Below are positions 36,242 to 49,717 of a stretch of DNA of 64,000 bases, one piece after another. The translations under genes and the position numbers were made by a program. Position 1 is the stretch's first letter, and each line of letters starts with the position of its first letter. The notes beneath the pieces are model-generated. The model was given only the letters and a program-made list of their open reading frames with translations. It was not told the DNA's origin and did not search any database. The stretch is from Mobula hypostoma. Its lineage: Eukaryota. The stretch lies in contig NC_086118.1 in assembly GCF_963921235.1 (NCBI RefSeq), positions 24,430,001 through 24,494,000 on the forward strand, written 5' to 3'.

Positions 36242-37424
36242 ATAAGTAGGTGGAATTTCGTTTTCTTTTGCAATATCTTAGTGAAAGAAAAATCTTTATT
36301 CTTCAGGTTGGTCACATAAAACAAGTTCTTTGGGTAACCATGACATGAATCATTTAGCCCTGTGGCACATTCAGAAATGGTTCCTCAGCTTAACGTGTTA
36401 CACATTTTTCAGTGGCTATCAATCAAGGTTCAAGACTGTTTAATGTCATTTCCAGTGCAAAAGTGCAAAGGAGGATGAAATAGTTGTTACTCAGGATCTG
36501 ATGGAGCACAAAGAACTACAATAAGATAAAGAACACAACAATAATAACACATAAATACATAAAATAGCTTATAGGTACTGTAGATCAATTGTATGTCCAG
36601 AAAGCTGTACAATAAATGATCATTCCATTTTCCAGAAAAGTCTTACAATCTCTGAGAAGATCTAATGTGCCATTACCTTGACTACAAATATTTTTGATGA
36701 CTTTTTCCTACAATTTTAGTAAATATTTTATTTTGCTTACCATTTAACATCAGCATCCAATTAAGGCAATAAGCAATGCTACTTGCAAAAATGTTTGTGC
36801 TGACAGTTCCTGTGAGTTCACTAAGCAGTTTGATGAAAACCTTTCCTCACAGAATTATAGGTATTATGACTCTGGGTACACTAAAATGAGTCCCTCTAAG
36901 GTGATCAGGGAAGAGTTTCAATTCTTCATTTGCATTCCAGTCAAATGCTATCCATCTCTTCAATGTCTACTCACAGAATTTTCAATTCTAAGACATATTA
37001 CAATTTCAGACGTAGTCAGTGGAAGGTGCTCATCAAAATCACATTTAACATGGAGTAACTCAGCATGCCAAACAATGTCTGTGGACGGAAAGGAATGATG
37101 AAGTTTTGGTTTGAAATTCTGCATCAGGAAATTCCTTTTCTTCCACAGATTGCTGCCTGAATCCTGAGTTCCTCCAGCAGAGGGATAGTTGTTCCAGATT
37201 CTAGCATCTGTAGTCTCTATGTCTGATGTTAATATGTCAATCACATTTTCACTTCAGCATCTGAGCTTTCATTTGGTAGCAGCAATAAGTCATCCACAAT
37301 GAGACACTTCTTAAGATTCTTATACACAGATATGTAGACATAATCTAATAGAAGGATTTCCCACCTTTTCATCCTTGATGCTGTAACAACAGATATTGAT
37401 GATTTGAAAGTGATAAAGAGCTTC

Positions 37425-37972
37425 TGGCACATCAGCCTTCATAAATCAAAGTACATTAGAGGAGTTGGAATGCTATGTTGAAGATGTACAAGGCATTGGT
37501 GGGGATTATTAGGAGGATATGGAGAATGGTGTGCAATTTTGGTCACTTCTCTACATGAAAGATATCAATAAGATTGTAAAGATAGAGAGAAAATTTACAA
37601 GGATGTTGCTGGGACTTGAGGATCTGAGTTAGAGGGAAAGGTTTAATAGCTTAGGATATTATTCCTTGGATCTTAGGACAATGAGGGGAGATTTGATAGA
37701 GGTATACAAAATTATGAAATATAAATTATTAGGCAAATGCAGGCAGTCTTTTTCCACTGAGGCAGGGTGAGACTAGAACTAAAGGTCATGGGTTAAGAGT
37801 TAAATGTGAAATGTTTCAGGGGAACATGAGCGGGGAACTTCTTCACTCTGAGAGTGGTGAGAGAATGGAATGAGTTGCCAGCAGACGTGGTGGTTGTGGG
37901 AATGATTTCAATACTTAAGAGAAGTTTGGATGAGTAAATGGATGGGTGGGGTATGGTGGCCTATGGTCCAGG
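37425..37972 (+). mobile_element. CR1 3' fragment
   Basis: atgaggggagatttgatagaggtatacaaaattatg (MRGDLIEVYKIM) and ggaacttcttcactctgagagtgg. Confidence 0.88.
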
Positions 37973-38827
37973 GGCAGCACTCCACACAAGCATATGCAAT
38001 TCTATAAAGAAGAATACACCACTAAATTTAAATGAAAACATAACCCAGAAAGATGAAGAAATTATCACTATAGAAGAAAAAGTTAACCAATGGAAGAGTT
38101 TGACCCTCCATGGGAAGCCATGCGCATAATCTAAACAGACTAGATGTCGACAAGGAAGCGCCAAAGGCCTGGCTCAGAGTTGGAGCCTTCTTCCCAAAAA
38201 CAGAAGAGTTCCTTGAAGCAATACAGGACCAGGTGGTTAACACACAAAAAAAACAGAAAATACTTAATAAAAGACCAACAAATTCCAGATGATAAATTCA
38301 GAAAATGCCAAGAGAAGCTGGAAACAATCCAACACATTACAGAATCTAACAGCAGTTTAACTCAATCTGATAACTTAGATGGGTACAATTAAGTGGCAAA
38401 TATCATTCACCAAAATCATGCTTTAAAATGCAAACTCATAAAAGAAGCCATACCATACTACAAAGACAAGGCTGATCCAGTGTCAGAGTCCCACAAATTA
38501 TATTATAACTGATCCATTATTACAGACAGGACAATCCATAATAATACAAGATAAACAAGCAAGAAGAAATTACTTAATAGATATAGCCATTCTAAGCACA
38601 CATAACATACAGAAATCAATAAGTGATTTAGATTGGGTAATTATAGAACGGAGCCTGGTTGTACCACATTCACCCCTTAACATCCTCTCACAACATGTGG
38701 AAAACAAGACTAATCTAAATCCTATACTATTTCACTCAAGGAGTGTGTGGAGTACAATTCATAAAGCCTGTAGAATGTCACATTTAAACCAGTTATACTC
38801 CTCGCTCTGGAATAACTCTGAGATATA

Positions 38828-39456
38828 CGAATTGACAATAAACTGGACTGGTCAAAGAACACTGAGGCTGTCTACAAGAAGGGACAGAGCCGTCCTATTT
38901 CCTGAGGAGACTGAGGTCCTTTAACATCTGCCGGATGATGCTGAGTATGTTCTTCGAGTCTGTGGTGGCCAGTGCTATCATGTTTGCTGTTGTGTGCTGG
39001 GGCAGCAGGCTGAGGGTGGAAGTCACCAACAGAATCAACAAACTCATTCGTAAGTGATGTTGTGGGGATGGAACTGGACTCTCTCACAGTGGTGTCTGAA
39101 AAGAGGATGCTGTCTAAGTTGCATGCCATCTTGGTCAATGTCTCCCATGCACTACATAATGTACTGGGTGGGCACAGGAGTACATTCAGCCAGAGACTCA
39201 TTCCACCGAGATGCAGCACAGAGCATCATAGGAAGTCACTCCTGCCTGTGGCCTTCAAACTCTACAACTCCTCCCTTGGAGGGTCAGACACCCTGATCCA
39301 ATAGGCTGGTCCTGGACTTATTTCCTAATTTACTGGCATAATTTACATATTACTATTTAACTATTTATGGTTATATTACTATTTATTATTTATGCTGCAA
39401 CTGTAATGAAAACCAATTTTTGCCGGGATCAATAAAGTATGACTATGACTATGACT
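38828..39456 (+). mobile_element. Rex1/Babar 3' end inside L1
   Basis: DNKLDW..KKGQSRPIFLRRLRSF-like sequence; SQRLIPPRCSTEHHRKSLLPVAFKLYN; caataaag(tatgac)n tail. Confidence 0.9.
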
Positions 39457-39632
39457 ATATGCATTGGGAAAAGAATGGTGTACTGGAAAGAATGGAAGAT
39501 TAAAGGTGTAGATACAGTAGGTGATCACTATGAGAATGGGATTTTTATGTCATATGTGGATTTGCAGAGGAAATATAACTTTGAAGATAAAGAGAATTTT
39601 TGGAAGTATTTACAAATAAGACATTGCACTAG

Positions 39633-40317
39633 ATTAGATTAGATTATGAGGACACGCAGTCCTCTTTTATTGTCATTTAGTAATGCATGCATTAAGAAAT
39701 GATGCAATTTGTTCCTCCAGAATGATATCCCAGAAACACAAGACAAACTAAGACAAAAAAAAACTGACAAAAACCACATAATTATAACATATAGTTACAA
39801 CAGTGCAAAGCAATACTGTAATTTGATAAAGAACAGTCCATGGGCACGGTAAAAAAAAATCTCAAAATCTCTCAAAAGTCCCATCATCTCACGCAGACGG
39901 TTGAAGGGAGAAAAACTCTCCCTGCCATGAGCTTCCAGCGCCACAAACTTGCCGATGCAGCATCCTGGAAGCACCCGACCACAGTCCAACTCCAAGTCCG
40001 TCCGAAAACTCCAAGCCTCCAACCAGCTCTCCGACACTGAGCACTGAGCACCATCTCTGCCGAGCGCTTTGACCCCAGCCCCGGCAACAGGAAATAGGCA
40101 AAGCCGAGGATTTGAGGCCTTACCCTCCGGAGATTCTCGATCGCACAGTAGCAGCGGCAGTGAAGCAGGCATTTCAGAAGTTACTCCAGATGTTCCTCCG
40201 TGCTTCTCACGTCCGTCTCCATCAAATCAGGATTGTGCACGGTCCCTACTTAACAAATACGATATCAATTTGGAGTGGCCACGCGCGCTGCGTCTCGCTG
40301 CCATCTTCTCCTCCCCC
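39633..40317 (-). mobile_element. Unclassified ~680-bp element, copy 2, inside L1
   Basis: Same termini as copy 1; (TAATC)3 tail; TSD cactag/cattag. Confidence 0.88.
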
Positions 40318-42127
40318 CATTAGTAGCATATTTAAGAATGGTGACCCACAAAGTAACTCTTTAACTGAATACTTTACATTACCACAGAAAGGTCATAAAG
40401 CATCAGTGTTTTATAAAATGTTCAAGCACTCTGTGGGTGAATCGTGTAACAACCTCAAAGCGGTATGGCAGAAGGATCTTGGAAGCGATATTGAAGATAA
40501 TGAGTGGTCAAATATTTTATCAAATGTGGGTAGACATATTAGGGAAGTTTAGAAGGAAATTTATTCAGTATAAGATAGTACACAGATATTATTGGACACC
40601 AACTAGACTGTACAAAATGAGGATTGTTGATAATAACTTATGCTGGAAATGTAAAAATGAGGTGGGCACATATTTTCACATGATTTGGGAGTGTTCCATG
40701 GTTCGTCCATTTTGGCGTAAAGTTCTTGATTTATTGGGGAATTGGTTGGGTTCCACACTGCCCTTGTGCCCACCGCTTTGTCTCTTGGGTGACAGGACAA
40801 TGATACCTAATGTAAACAATAACAAATTTACTATTTTAAAGGTGGGTCTCATCACAGTTGCAAGAATTATATTGCAAAACTGGAAAAAAACCCAGATGGC
40901 CCACTGTGAAGGAATGGACTGAGGAATTGATTAAGATTTCATCAAATGAACACATGTTGGGAAGAATTAATAGTGAGGGAAATGTGCAAGACACATGGGA
41001 TCAATTTTGGTTGTATGTTAATTTAAACTTAAATTAGAACTTCTTTCTTTCTCCAGGTTTTATTTGTTTTCCTGTCATGGGATGGCTATGTAAATATGCT
41101 GTACTCTATCTGCTCTGTGATATGCTGTGCTGCTTTGTAAAATAAGAATAAATAATAATAAAAATTTGAATTTTCAAAAAAGTGAAAAATACCAGAAATA
41201 TGCTGAATTAAAAGAAGAAATTGAAAGACTATGGAGCATGAGCAAGGTATGCATTCTCTCAATAGTAATATCTACAAGTGGTATCATCCCAAAGTCACTA
41301 CACAATAGCATTGAACAATTAGGCCTACACAGCAATATTTATGTAAATCTACAGAAAGCCACAATACTAAACACCACTAGAATAGTCTGAAAGTTCCTAG
41401 CAATTGAGAAATGAGTGTGCTTAGCTATGCCCCTACCTCAGGTTTTAATAGCTAGAACTGAGGAAAAAAATAAAAATAATAATAACTTATTTATAGAGCA
41501 CTTTTCATACAAGTTATATGGTCCAAGGTGCTTTACAATGATATTGTGTCAAGGTGAAACTTTGAAGTGTCAAGGATAAAAATACTTATTCAATCACATT
41601 GTCTGAGTTGTTGCAGCCAACTTTCCCCATAAGAGATAGCCTTTTTTTCAGAATTTGCTACAATATCAAGAATCTGTATTCACTTCCCACTTTGCTGCAC
41701 TGTATAATTCATTTCCCTTAATATGCATAAAATCTTACTAAAATAGGTTTATAGCTTGTCAGCCAATTTTCATCATTTGTTACTTGTATCTGGTTGAATG
41801 TGTCAGAGGAAATATCTCGAATCATTATCATCACAGCAATATTAATTCATCAGTCAATGCCTAGAATGTTAATCAAAATCTTTACCCAAAGATTTATTTT
41901 TCTTTGTTATTACATTTTGTGGAATTGGAAGTGACTAACATAGTTCCTCTGTCTTAATAAACTTTAAAGTACAAAGTCCTCCTATCTACTTGGAATTTTA
42001 AATTCCCAGTTAAATAACAAGTCATAGCCTTGGATCAGCAGGTTGTTGAAATGTATCTTTTCCTCTGGTAACTGAGGTCACTCTAGCCTCTGCCGTCAAA
42101 CTTCATTGACTTCCAGTTAAGCAAAGC

Positions 42128-43730
42128 CATAGAAGAGAAACATAGAACATAGAACAGTACTTCCCAAGAGCCAGCCCTTTGACCCGTGTACCAAATTGAT
42201 TAAACTAGTAATTAAATGCCTGATTAAACTAATCCTTCAGCCTATACCATGTCTATGTCTTTCCATTCTTTGCATATTCACTTGCCTATCTAAGAACCTT
42301 TTGAAAATCTCTGTTGTATTTGCCTCTACCACCACCTCAGGAAAAGCTTCCCAGGAAACCAGTACACTTTGTATGATTAAAAAAAAATAACTCGCCCTGC
42401 ACATCCTCTTGTAACTTACATTCTCTCCCTGCAATATTGGACATTTCAAACTAGAGAAGAAAGATACTAGCTGTTCAATCTATCTATGCCTCTCATAACC
42501 TTTAACAGATCTCCCCTTAGCCTCCGCCACTCCAAAGAAAACAACCCAAGTTTGTCCAACTTCTCCATCTAGTACATGCCCTCTAACCCAGAAAGCATCC
42601 TGGTGAACCTCCTCTGCACCCTCACCAAAGCCTCCACATCCTTCCAATAACAGAGCAACCGGAAACAAATGCAGTACTCCAGATCTGGCCTAACTAGAGT
42701 TTTATAAAGCTGAAATATGACTACCCAACTCTTGATCTCAGCGTCTCATCTGATAAAAATAAGCATGCCATACAACTATATAATGTCATGCTATTAACAA
42801 TGTCCTCGCCCTTTACATTTAATCTCCTGAAGTACCACATCTAGCATTTTGCTAGATAAAGCTTTACCTGCCACTTCTCAAGATTTGCAATTCAAGATCC
42901 AAGTTTACTTGTAAGGTTACAAGTGTTATTTGTCACAGGTTCATGGAAACATAGAGTGGAATGCAGCATTTGTGTCAAATCAAATTAGCAAGGATTATGC
43001 TGGGACAGCTCGCAAGTGCCACCAAATTTTCCGGTGCCAAAATAGCATGCCCACAATGTTCAGCGGAACAACACAATGCGGCAAGCAACAAACTCATATC
43101 TGCAACTGGTCTATATCCTGCTGTATCAGTTGGCAATCTTCTATACTATCCACATCATCACTGATCTTTGTATTCCACCCTAGTCTACATTCTCATTACT
43201 AATTCACCCATCAACATTTTCATCCAGGTAACTTATGTACATCACATACAACAGAGGTCCCAGCAAAGATCTCTGTGGAACAGACTAGTCATGGATCACC
43301 AGCCACAAAAAGTCTCATCAAGCACTACCCTCTGTCTTCTGTAGGAAGGCTAATTCTTCATCAAAATGGCCAGTTTTCTGTAGATCCCGTTTATCTTCTG
43401 GATTAGACTCTCATAAACGACCTTCTTGAATAATGGAACAATGTTAGCTACTTGCAATCATCCGGTTGCCTATGATTAGAGAATACATGAAGATCTTGGT
43501 CAAGGCCCCAGAAATATCATCTCTTGCCTCTCTGAATAACCTGGATATATGCAAAATCTGGCCCCGGGCCTTACTCACCTTAATGTTCTTTAAGAAGCCC
43601 GACACTACCACCTCCTTTATCTCAAATGTTCTAACCATACTAACATGCTCAGTCTGATTTCCCTTTTTGCCATTTCCTTCTCTTTATTAACTACTAATGT
43701 AAAGTACTCATTCAGTACCTTTTCTTTCAC
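42128..43730 (-). mobile_element. Old CR1 fragments with an intervening SINE-like insert (~42890-43090)
   Basis: catagaa tail at 42140; WEAFPEVVVEANTTEIFKRFLD; further upstream RLFREARDDISGALTKIF. Confidence 0.75.
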
Positions 43731-44161
43731 ATCCTGGAATGAAAGAAGAACCTGCAGCAGCATCGCAGGTACATAGCATCAAATGAGTGGCATTCACAAA
43801 AAAAGCATAAATTAGTATAAATTACTTATACTTTTTAGAAGAGGCAACATAATTAGAACAAATTCATTTTATAAGCAATTCTTTGATCCTCTGCTTCTAG
43901 ATTTGTAACCATTCTTGAATTTATTCACTCCTTTACTGAAATCTACTGTAGGTCTTCAGATGCCAAGGCTGTAAACTCCAGAAATCCCTTCCTAAACCTC
44001 TCCACCTTTTTACATCTTTTTCCCCTTTAAGTTCATACTTTTAAAAAAACTATTTTTTAAGCCTTTGGTCATTTCTTGTCCTTCTGTGGTTACTTTTTTC
44101 AGTTTAAAAACCCTTCGACGAAGAACACTTGATCTGTTGACTGTTTCATATGAATGGATTT

Positions 44162-46568
44162 TAGAAACATAAAAATATAGAAACATAGAAAACTTACAGC
44201 ACAATACAGGCCCTTCGGCCCACAAAGCTGTGCCAACCATGTCCTTACTTTAGAAATTACCTAGGGCTACCCATAGCCCTCTATTTTTCTAAGCTCCACG
44301 TACCTATCCAGGAGTCTCTTAAAAGACCCTATTGTATCCGCCTCCACCAAAGTCACTGGCAGCCCATTCCATGCACTTACCACTCTCTGCGTAAAAAACT
44401 TACCCCTGACATCTCCTCTGGACCTATTTCCAAGCACCTTAAATCTGTGCCCTCTCATGTTAGCCATCTCAGCCCTGGGAAAAAGCCTCTGACTATCCAC
44501 ACGATCAATGCCTTATACACCTCTATCAGGTCACCTCTCATCCTCCGCCACTCCGAGGAGAAAAGGCCGAGTTCACTCAACCTATTCTCATAAGGCATGC
44601 TCCCCAATCCAGGCAACATCCTTGAAAATCTCCTCTGCATCCTTTCTATGGTTTCCACATCCATCCTGAGGTAACCAGAACTGAGCACAGTACTCCAAGT
44701 GGGGTCTGGCCAGGGTCACATATAGCTGCAGCTTTATCTCTTGACTCTTAAACTCAATCCCATGGTTGATGAAAGCCAATGCACCATATGCCTTCTTAAC
44801 CACAGAGACAACCTGCACAGCAGCTTTCAGTGTCCAATGGACATGGACCCCAAGATCCCTCTGATCCTCCAAACTGCCAAGAGCCTTACAATTAATACTA
44901 TTTTCTACCATGATATTTGACCTACCAAGATGAACCACCTCACACTTATCTGGGTTGAACTCTATCTGTCACTTCTCTAACCAGTTCTGCATCCTATCGA
45001 TATCACACTGTAACTTCTGAAAGCCCTCCATACTATCCACAACACACCCAACCTTTGTGTCATCAGCAAATTTACTAATCCATCCCTCCACTTCCTCATC
45101 CAGGTCATTTATAAAAATCATGAAGAGAAGGGGTCCCAGAACAGACCCCTGAGACACACCTCTGGTCACTGACCTCCATGCAGAATATGACCTGTCTACA
45201 ACCACTCTTTGCCTTCTGTGGGCAAGCCAGTTCTGGATCCACAAAGCTATGTCCCCTTGGATCCCATTCTTCTTTACTTTCTCAATAAGCCTTGTATGGG
45301 GTTCCTTATCAAATGCCTTGCTGAAATCCATATACACTACATCTACTGCTCTACCTTCATCAATGTGTTTAATCGCATCCTCAAAAAATTCAGTCAGGCT
45401 CATAAGGCACAATCTGCCTTTGTCAAAGCCATACTGACTATTCCTAATCATATTATGCTTCTCCAAATGTTTAGAACACCTGCCTCTCATGATCTTCTCC
45501 ATCAACTTACCAACCACTGAAGTAAGACTCACTGGTCTATAATTTCCTGGGCTATCTCTACTCCCTTTCTTGAATAAGGGAACAACATCTGCAACCCTCC
45601 AATCCTCTGGAACCTCTCCTGTCCCCATTGATGATGCAAAGATCATCGCCAGAGGCTCAGCAATCTCCACCCTCACCTCCCACAGTAGCCTGGGGTACAT
45701 CTCATCTGGTCCCAGAGACTTATCCAACTTGATGCTTTCCAAAAGCTCCAGCACATCCTCTTTCTTAATGTCTATATGCTCAAGCTTTTCAATCCGCTGT
45801 AAATCATCCCTACAATCGCCAAGATCCTTTTCCGTAGTGAATACTGAAGCAAAGTATTCAGTACGTACCTCTGCTATCTCCTGTGGTTCCATACACACTT
45901 TTCCACTGTCACACTTGATTGGTCCTATTCTCTCATGTCTTATCCTCTTGCTCTTCACATACTTGTAGAATGCCTTGAGGTTTTCTTTAATCCTGCTTGC
46001 CAAGGCCTTCGCATGGCCCCTTCTGGCTCTCCTAATTTCATTCTTAAGCTCCTTCCCGCTTCTAGTTCTCCATCATTACCTAGTTTTTTGAACCTTTTGT
46101 AAGCTTTTCTTTTCTTCTTGACTAGATTTTCAACAGCCTTTGTACACCATGGTTCCTGTACCCTACCATCCTTTCCCTGTCTCATTGGAACGTACCTATG
46201 CAGAACACCATGGAAATACCCCCTCAACATTTGCCACATTTCTGCCGTACGTTTCCCTGAGAACATCTGTTCCTAATTTATGCTTCCAAGTTCCTGCCTG
46301 ATAGCTTCATATTTCTCCTTACTCCAATTAAGCACATTCCTAACTTGTCTGTTCCTAGTTCCTATCCCTCTCCAATGCTATGGTAAAGGAGACAGAATTG
46401 TGATCACTATTTCCAACATGCTCTCCCACTGAGAGACCTGACACCTGACCAGGTTCATTTCCCAATACCAGATCAAGTATAGCCTCTCCTCTTGTAGGCT
46501 TATCCATATATTGTGTCAGGAAACCTTCCTGAACGCACCTAACAAACTCCACCCCATCTAAACTCCTT
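44162..46568 (-). mobile_element. CR1 LINE, ~2.4 kb (APE C-terminus and RT), frameshifted
   Basis: PTRGEAILDLVLGNEPG..GNSDHN; ORF 44969..46003 with NYRPVSLTS, DFSKAFD, QGSVLGP and KFADD. Confidence 0.97.
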
Positions 46569-49116
46569 GATTTTGTTCTTGTTTATCTTTCAAGTTCAAA
46601 AATAATAATTTTCAATTATTATTTTTATCTTGGATAAAAGGTAGGGCAAATGTTTCATAATTGATATATAAATGTAGACAAGCAACACCTATATTTGTTT
46701 GAGTATGCGGTATTTGATTGGGGGATGTACAGAGGAAAATCAGATGGGAAGGATGTCATACTGATAATGCAGAACAAGTAATTCCCCCCCCCCCGCCATT
46801 TAACAAAGCATATGTAATCTAATAAATACCATTATGCATATTTGTCCCAAATTGACTCCACCCAGGCAAATGTTTTCAAGAACATGGAAAATAAAACAGT
46901 ACAACACAGCATAGGCCCTCTGGTCCACGATGTTATGCCAAACTTTTAACGTACTCCAACAACAATCAAAGTCTTTCCTCTGACACAGCTCTTCATTTTT
47001 CTTTCATTCCTGTGCCTATTGAAGAGTTTCTTAAATGTCCCTAATGTATCTGTCTTGACCACCAACTCTTGCAGTGCATTCCATGCACTTGCTGCTCTCT
47101 ATGTAAAAAAAAATCTTCTCTACTTTCCTCCAATCACCATAGAACTCCGTCCTCTCATATTGGCCATTGTCATTCTGGGAAAAAGCTGCTTATGTTCACC
47201 CTATCATCTTAAATCCTTTTATCAAGTTGCCTCTCATCCTTCTTTGTTCCAAAGGAAAAAAAAAATCACAGGTCAATTAATCTTCCCTATATGAAGCAGT
47301 TTTGCTTTAACAAAATAAATAATACAAAGAAATATTTCATTGTATTAAGTACTGGGCACATAAGGTGATTTCCAGTAAGTAATTAACTCTGCCCTAATTA
47401 GTAATCCATTGCCATATCAGGTAAATACCATAACTAATAGTTACACTTGTCAATTAATGGAACATACAAATAAATTACTTAGACAAACCCTAGAAAAATG
47501 GTTGAAATGGAAATCCAAGTTGAAAAATAGCAAGGAAAATACAGAGGTACAGTGCCATTCTTTAGTTAAGGGTTTATTAACAAGTAATTAGAAAACCATT
47601 TACTTAAGTGATACAAATTTGATATCTTACTTTTTTCTCCCCTCACAAACCATACAATTGTTCTGTAAAATAAAAGCTAAAACACATGACATCAACTTTT
47701 AGGTTAAATTAAAATATTAGGTACTATACTATCTAATCACATCAATTACTGATTTTTCAAGTTCAAGTCTATCTATCTGTTTCTTATCCTGGAACTAACC
47801 TGACTGAGTAGAAGTCAGTTTTAAAAGTTTGACAGCCTGCAGCACAGTGTTTAGTTCATCCCTGAGATCTCAGTTAGGGGTATGTACATTGATGTAAATT
47901 CTAAGTGTAGGTGGCAGTGCATGCCCCTGTCAGTGGGTTGTCATGTGAACTCTGTGGGTGACATCACGAGTACGGACAGTCTAATCTTTGTCTTCTGTAA
48001 TCTAATGTTTAAAATTATCTGCTGGATCAAAAATAATCGACAATTGTGGGGAAATACATATAAAATCTGTGTTTGGATTACACTGAGTTATTGCAGACTC
48101 CCGTCGTACTTAAATACATTTTAGCTGAATTTCTTAGATATCCCCTTCATCTGCTATCAGAAGAGTATAATGAGTAAGAGTGAGCCACAATACTGCTTGA
48201 GCCTGTTCCACCTTTCAATAAAATCGATGCTGATCTGCTATTGACCTGAGGTCAATTTTCCTGCCTGTTCCCGAGCACCCTCGACTACTCCATAGACAGG
48301 GATATGGTCTCTTACAGTCTTGAATATATTCAATGACTCAGCTTCCACAACACTCTGGGTTGGAGAATTCCAAGCATAAATGATCCTCTGAGAGACAAAA
48401 TTCTCCCCCTTCTCTGAGTTTAACTCCTTATTGTGAAACCATTTTCCCAAATTCTAGATTCCACAATGAATCTCCATCTCAAATTCTATCAATATGCTTT
48501 ATGTTCCAAGACAGTCAGCTAACTTAATTGATTTAGTAATTATTATTAATATAATAAAAGAAGAGCTGTTAAAGAGAAAGAGTATTCCAATAAATTCCGC
48601 TTTAAAGTTAGGAGATTTACAATATCTTTCCAGTGGGGACCAAAAAGAACATTTAATTCCAACATTTCTAAAAGATATGACAGGTTGCGATTTATTCGAC
48701 TGGTAGTATATTATGTCTGAAGGAGTGTCAGTCTGTGAATATAAAACCTTTATCTCATCAGCATTTGGTGAAAAGAGATTTAAAATCGTGATCAATTATG
48801 AGTTAAGGAGCATTAACTTGGAGAAGGGTACTAAAACTCTTGGAAGGCAACTTTAACTTCACCTCTTCCCCAACATAGATTGTTTGAATACATGCAAAAA
48901 TATTAAACTCATTTTCAGCTATGTACAGTATGTCTTTTTGCTGGAACTTTTCTTTAAATAGGCCTCTGATGTGCCTCCTTAGAAGGTTTTGCTTTCAATT
49001 TTAAAATTACTTCCACGAATTCCTGAAAATTTTTCACACAATCTTTAAAAAATTATGTCTCCTGACTTCATGGAGCCCACAACAAAAATTAAACTGAAAT
49101 GATTCATAAATGTTTT

Positions 49117-49717
49117 AGATTTGGATTATGAGGACATGCAGTTCTCTTTTATTGTCATTTAGTAATGCATGCATTAAGAAATGATACAATGTTCCTCCAG
49201 AATGATATCACAGAAGCACAAGACAAACCAAGACTGAAAAACTGACCAAAACCACATAATTATATCACATAGTTACAACAGTGCAAACCAATACCGTAAT
49301 TTGATAAAGAACAGACCATGGGCATGGTAAAAAAAAGTCTCAAAGTCTCTCGAGAGTCCCATCATCTCAAGCAGATGGAAGAAGGAAGAAAAACTCTCCC
49401 CGCCATGAGCTTCCAGCGCCGCAAACTTGCAGATGCAGCACCCTGGAAGCACCCGACCACAGCCGACTCTTGAGTCCATCCGAAAACTTTGAGCCTCTGA
49501 CCAGCCCTCTGACACCAAGCACCGAGCACCATCTCTGCCGAGCGCTTCGACCCCAGCCCCGGCAACAGGCAATAGGCAAAGCCGAGGATTTGGGGCCTTC
49601 CCCTCCGGAGATTCTCGATTGCACAGTAGCAGTGGCAGCGAAGCAGGCATTTCAGAAGTTTCTCCAGATGTTCCTCCGTGCTTCTCACGGCTGTCTCCAT
49701 CAAATCAGGATTGTGCA
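49117..49717 (-). mobile_element. Unclassified element, copy 3 (5'-truncated)
   Basis: Collinear with copies 2 and 4; stops at ggattgtgca. Confidence 0.88.

Larger units (their letters stand above)
38627..41180 (+). mobile_element. L1-clade (fish-type) ORF2 3' part, split by two insertions
   Basis: LWNNSEI|CIGKRMVYWKEWKIKG..FWKYLQIRHC|ISSIF..QYKIVHRYYWTP..CWKCKNEVGTYFHMIWECSMVRPFW (L1 CCHC); A-rich tail; apparent TSD aagtga. Confidence 0.9.
37972..41485 (+). mobile_element. R4/Dong-like REL retrotransposon 3' part, split by the insertion at 38627-41180
   Basis: QWKSLTLHG, TEEFLEAIQDQVVNT, DDKFRKCQEKLETIQHIT, VANIIHQ, LIDIAI; resumes as EKYQKYAELKEEIERLW..IVISTSGIIPKSL..LQKATILNTTRIV; (TAA)n tail. 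Confidence 0.88.
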
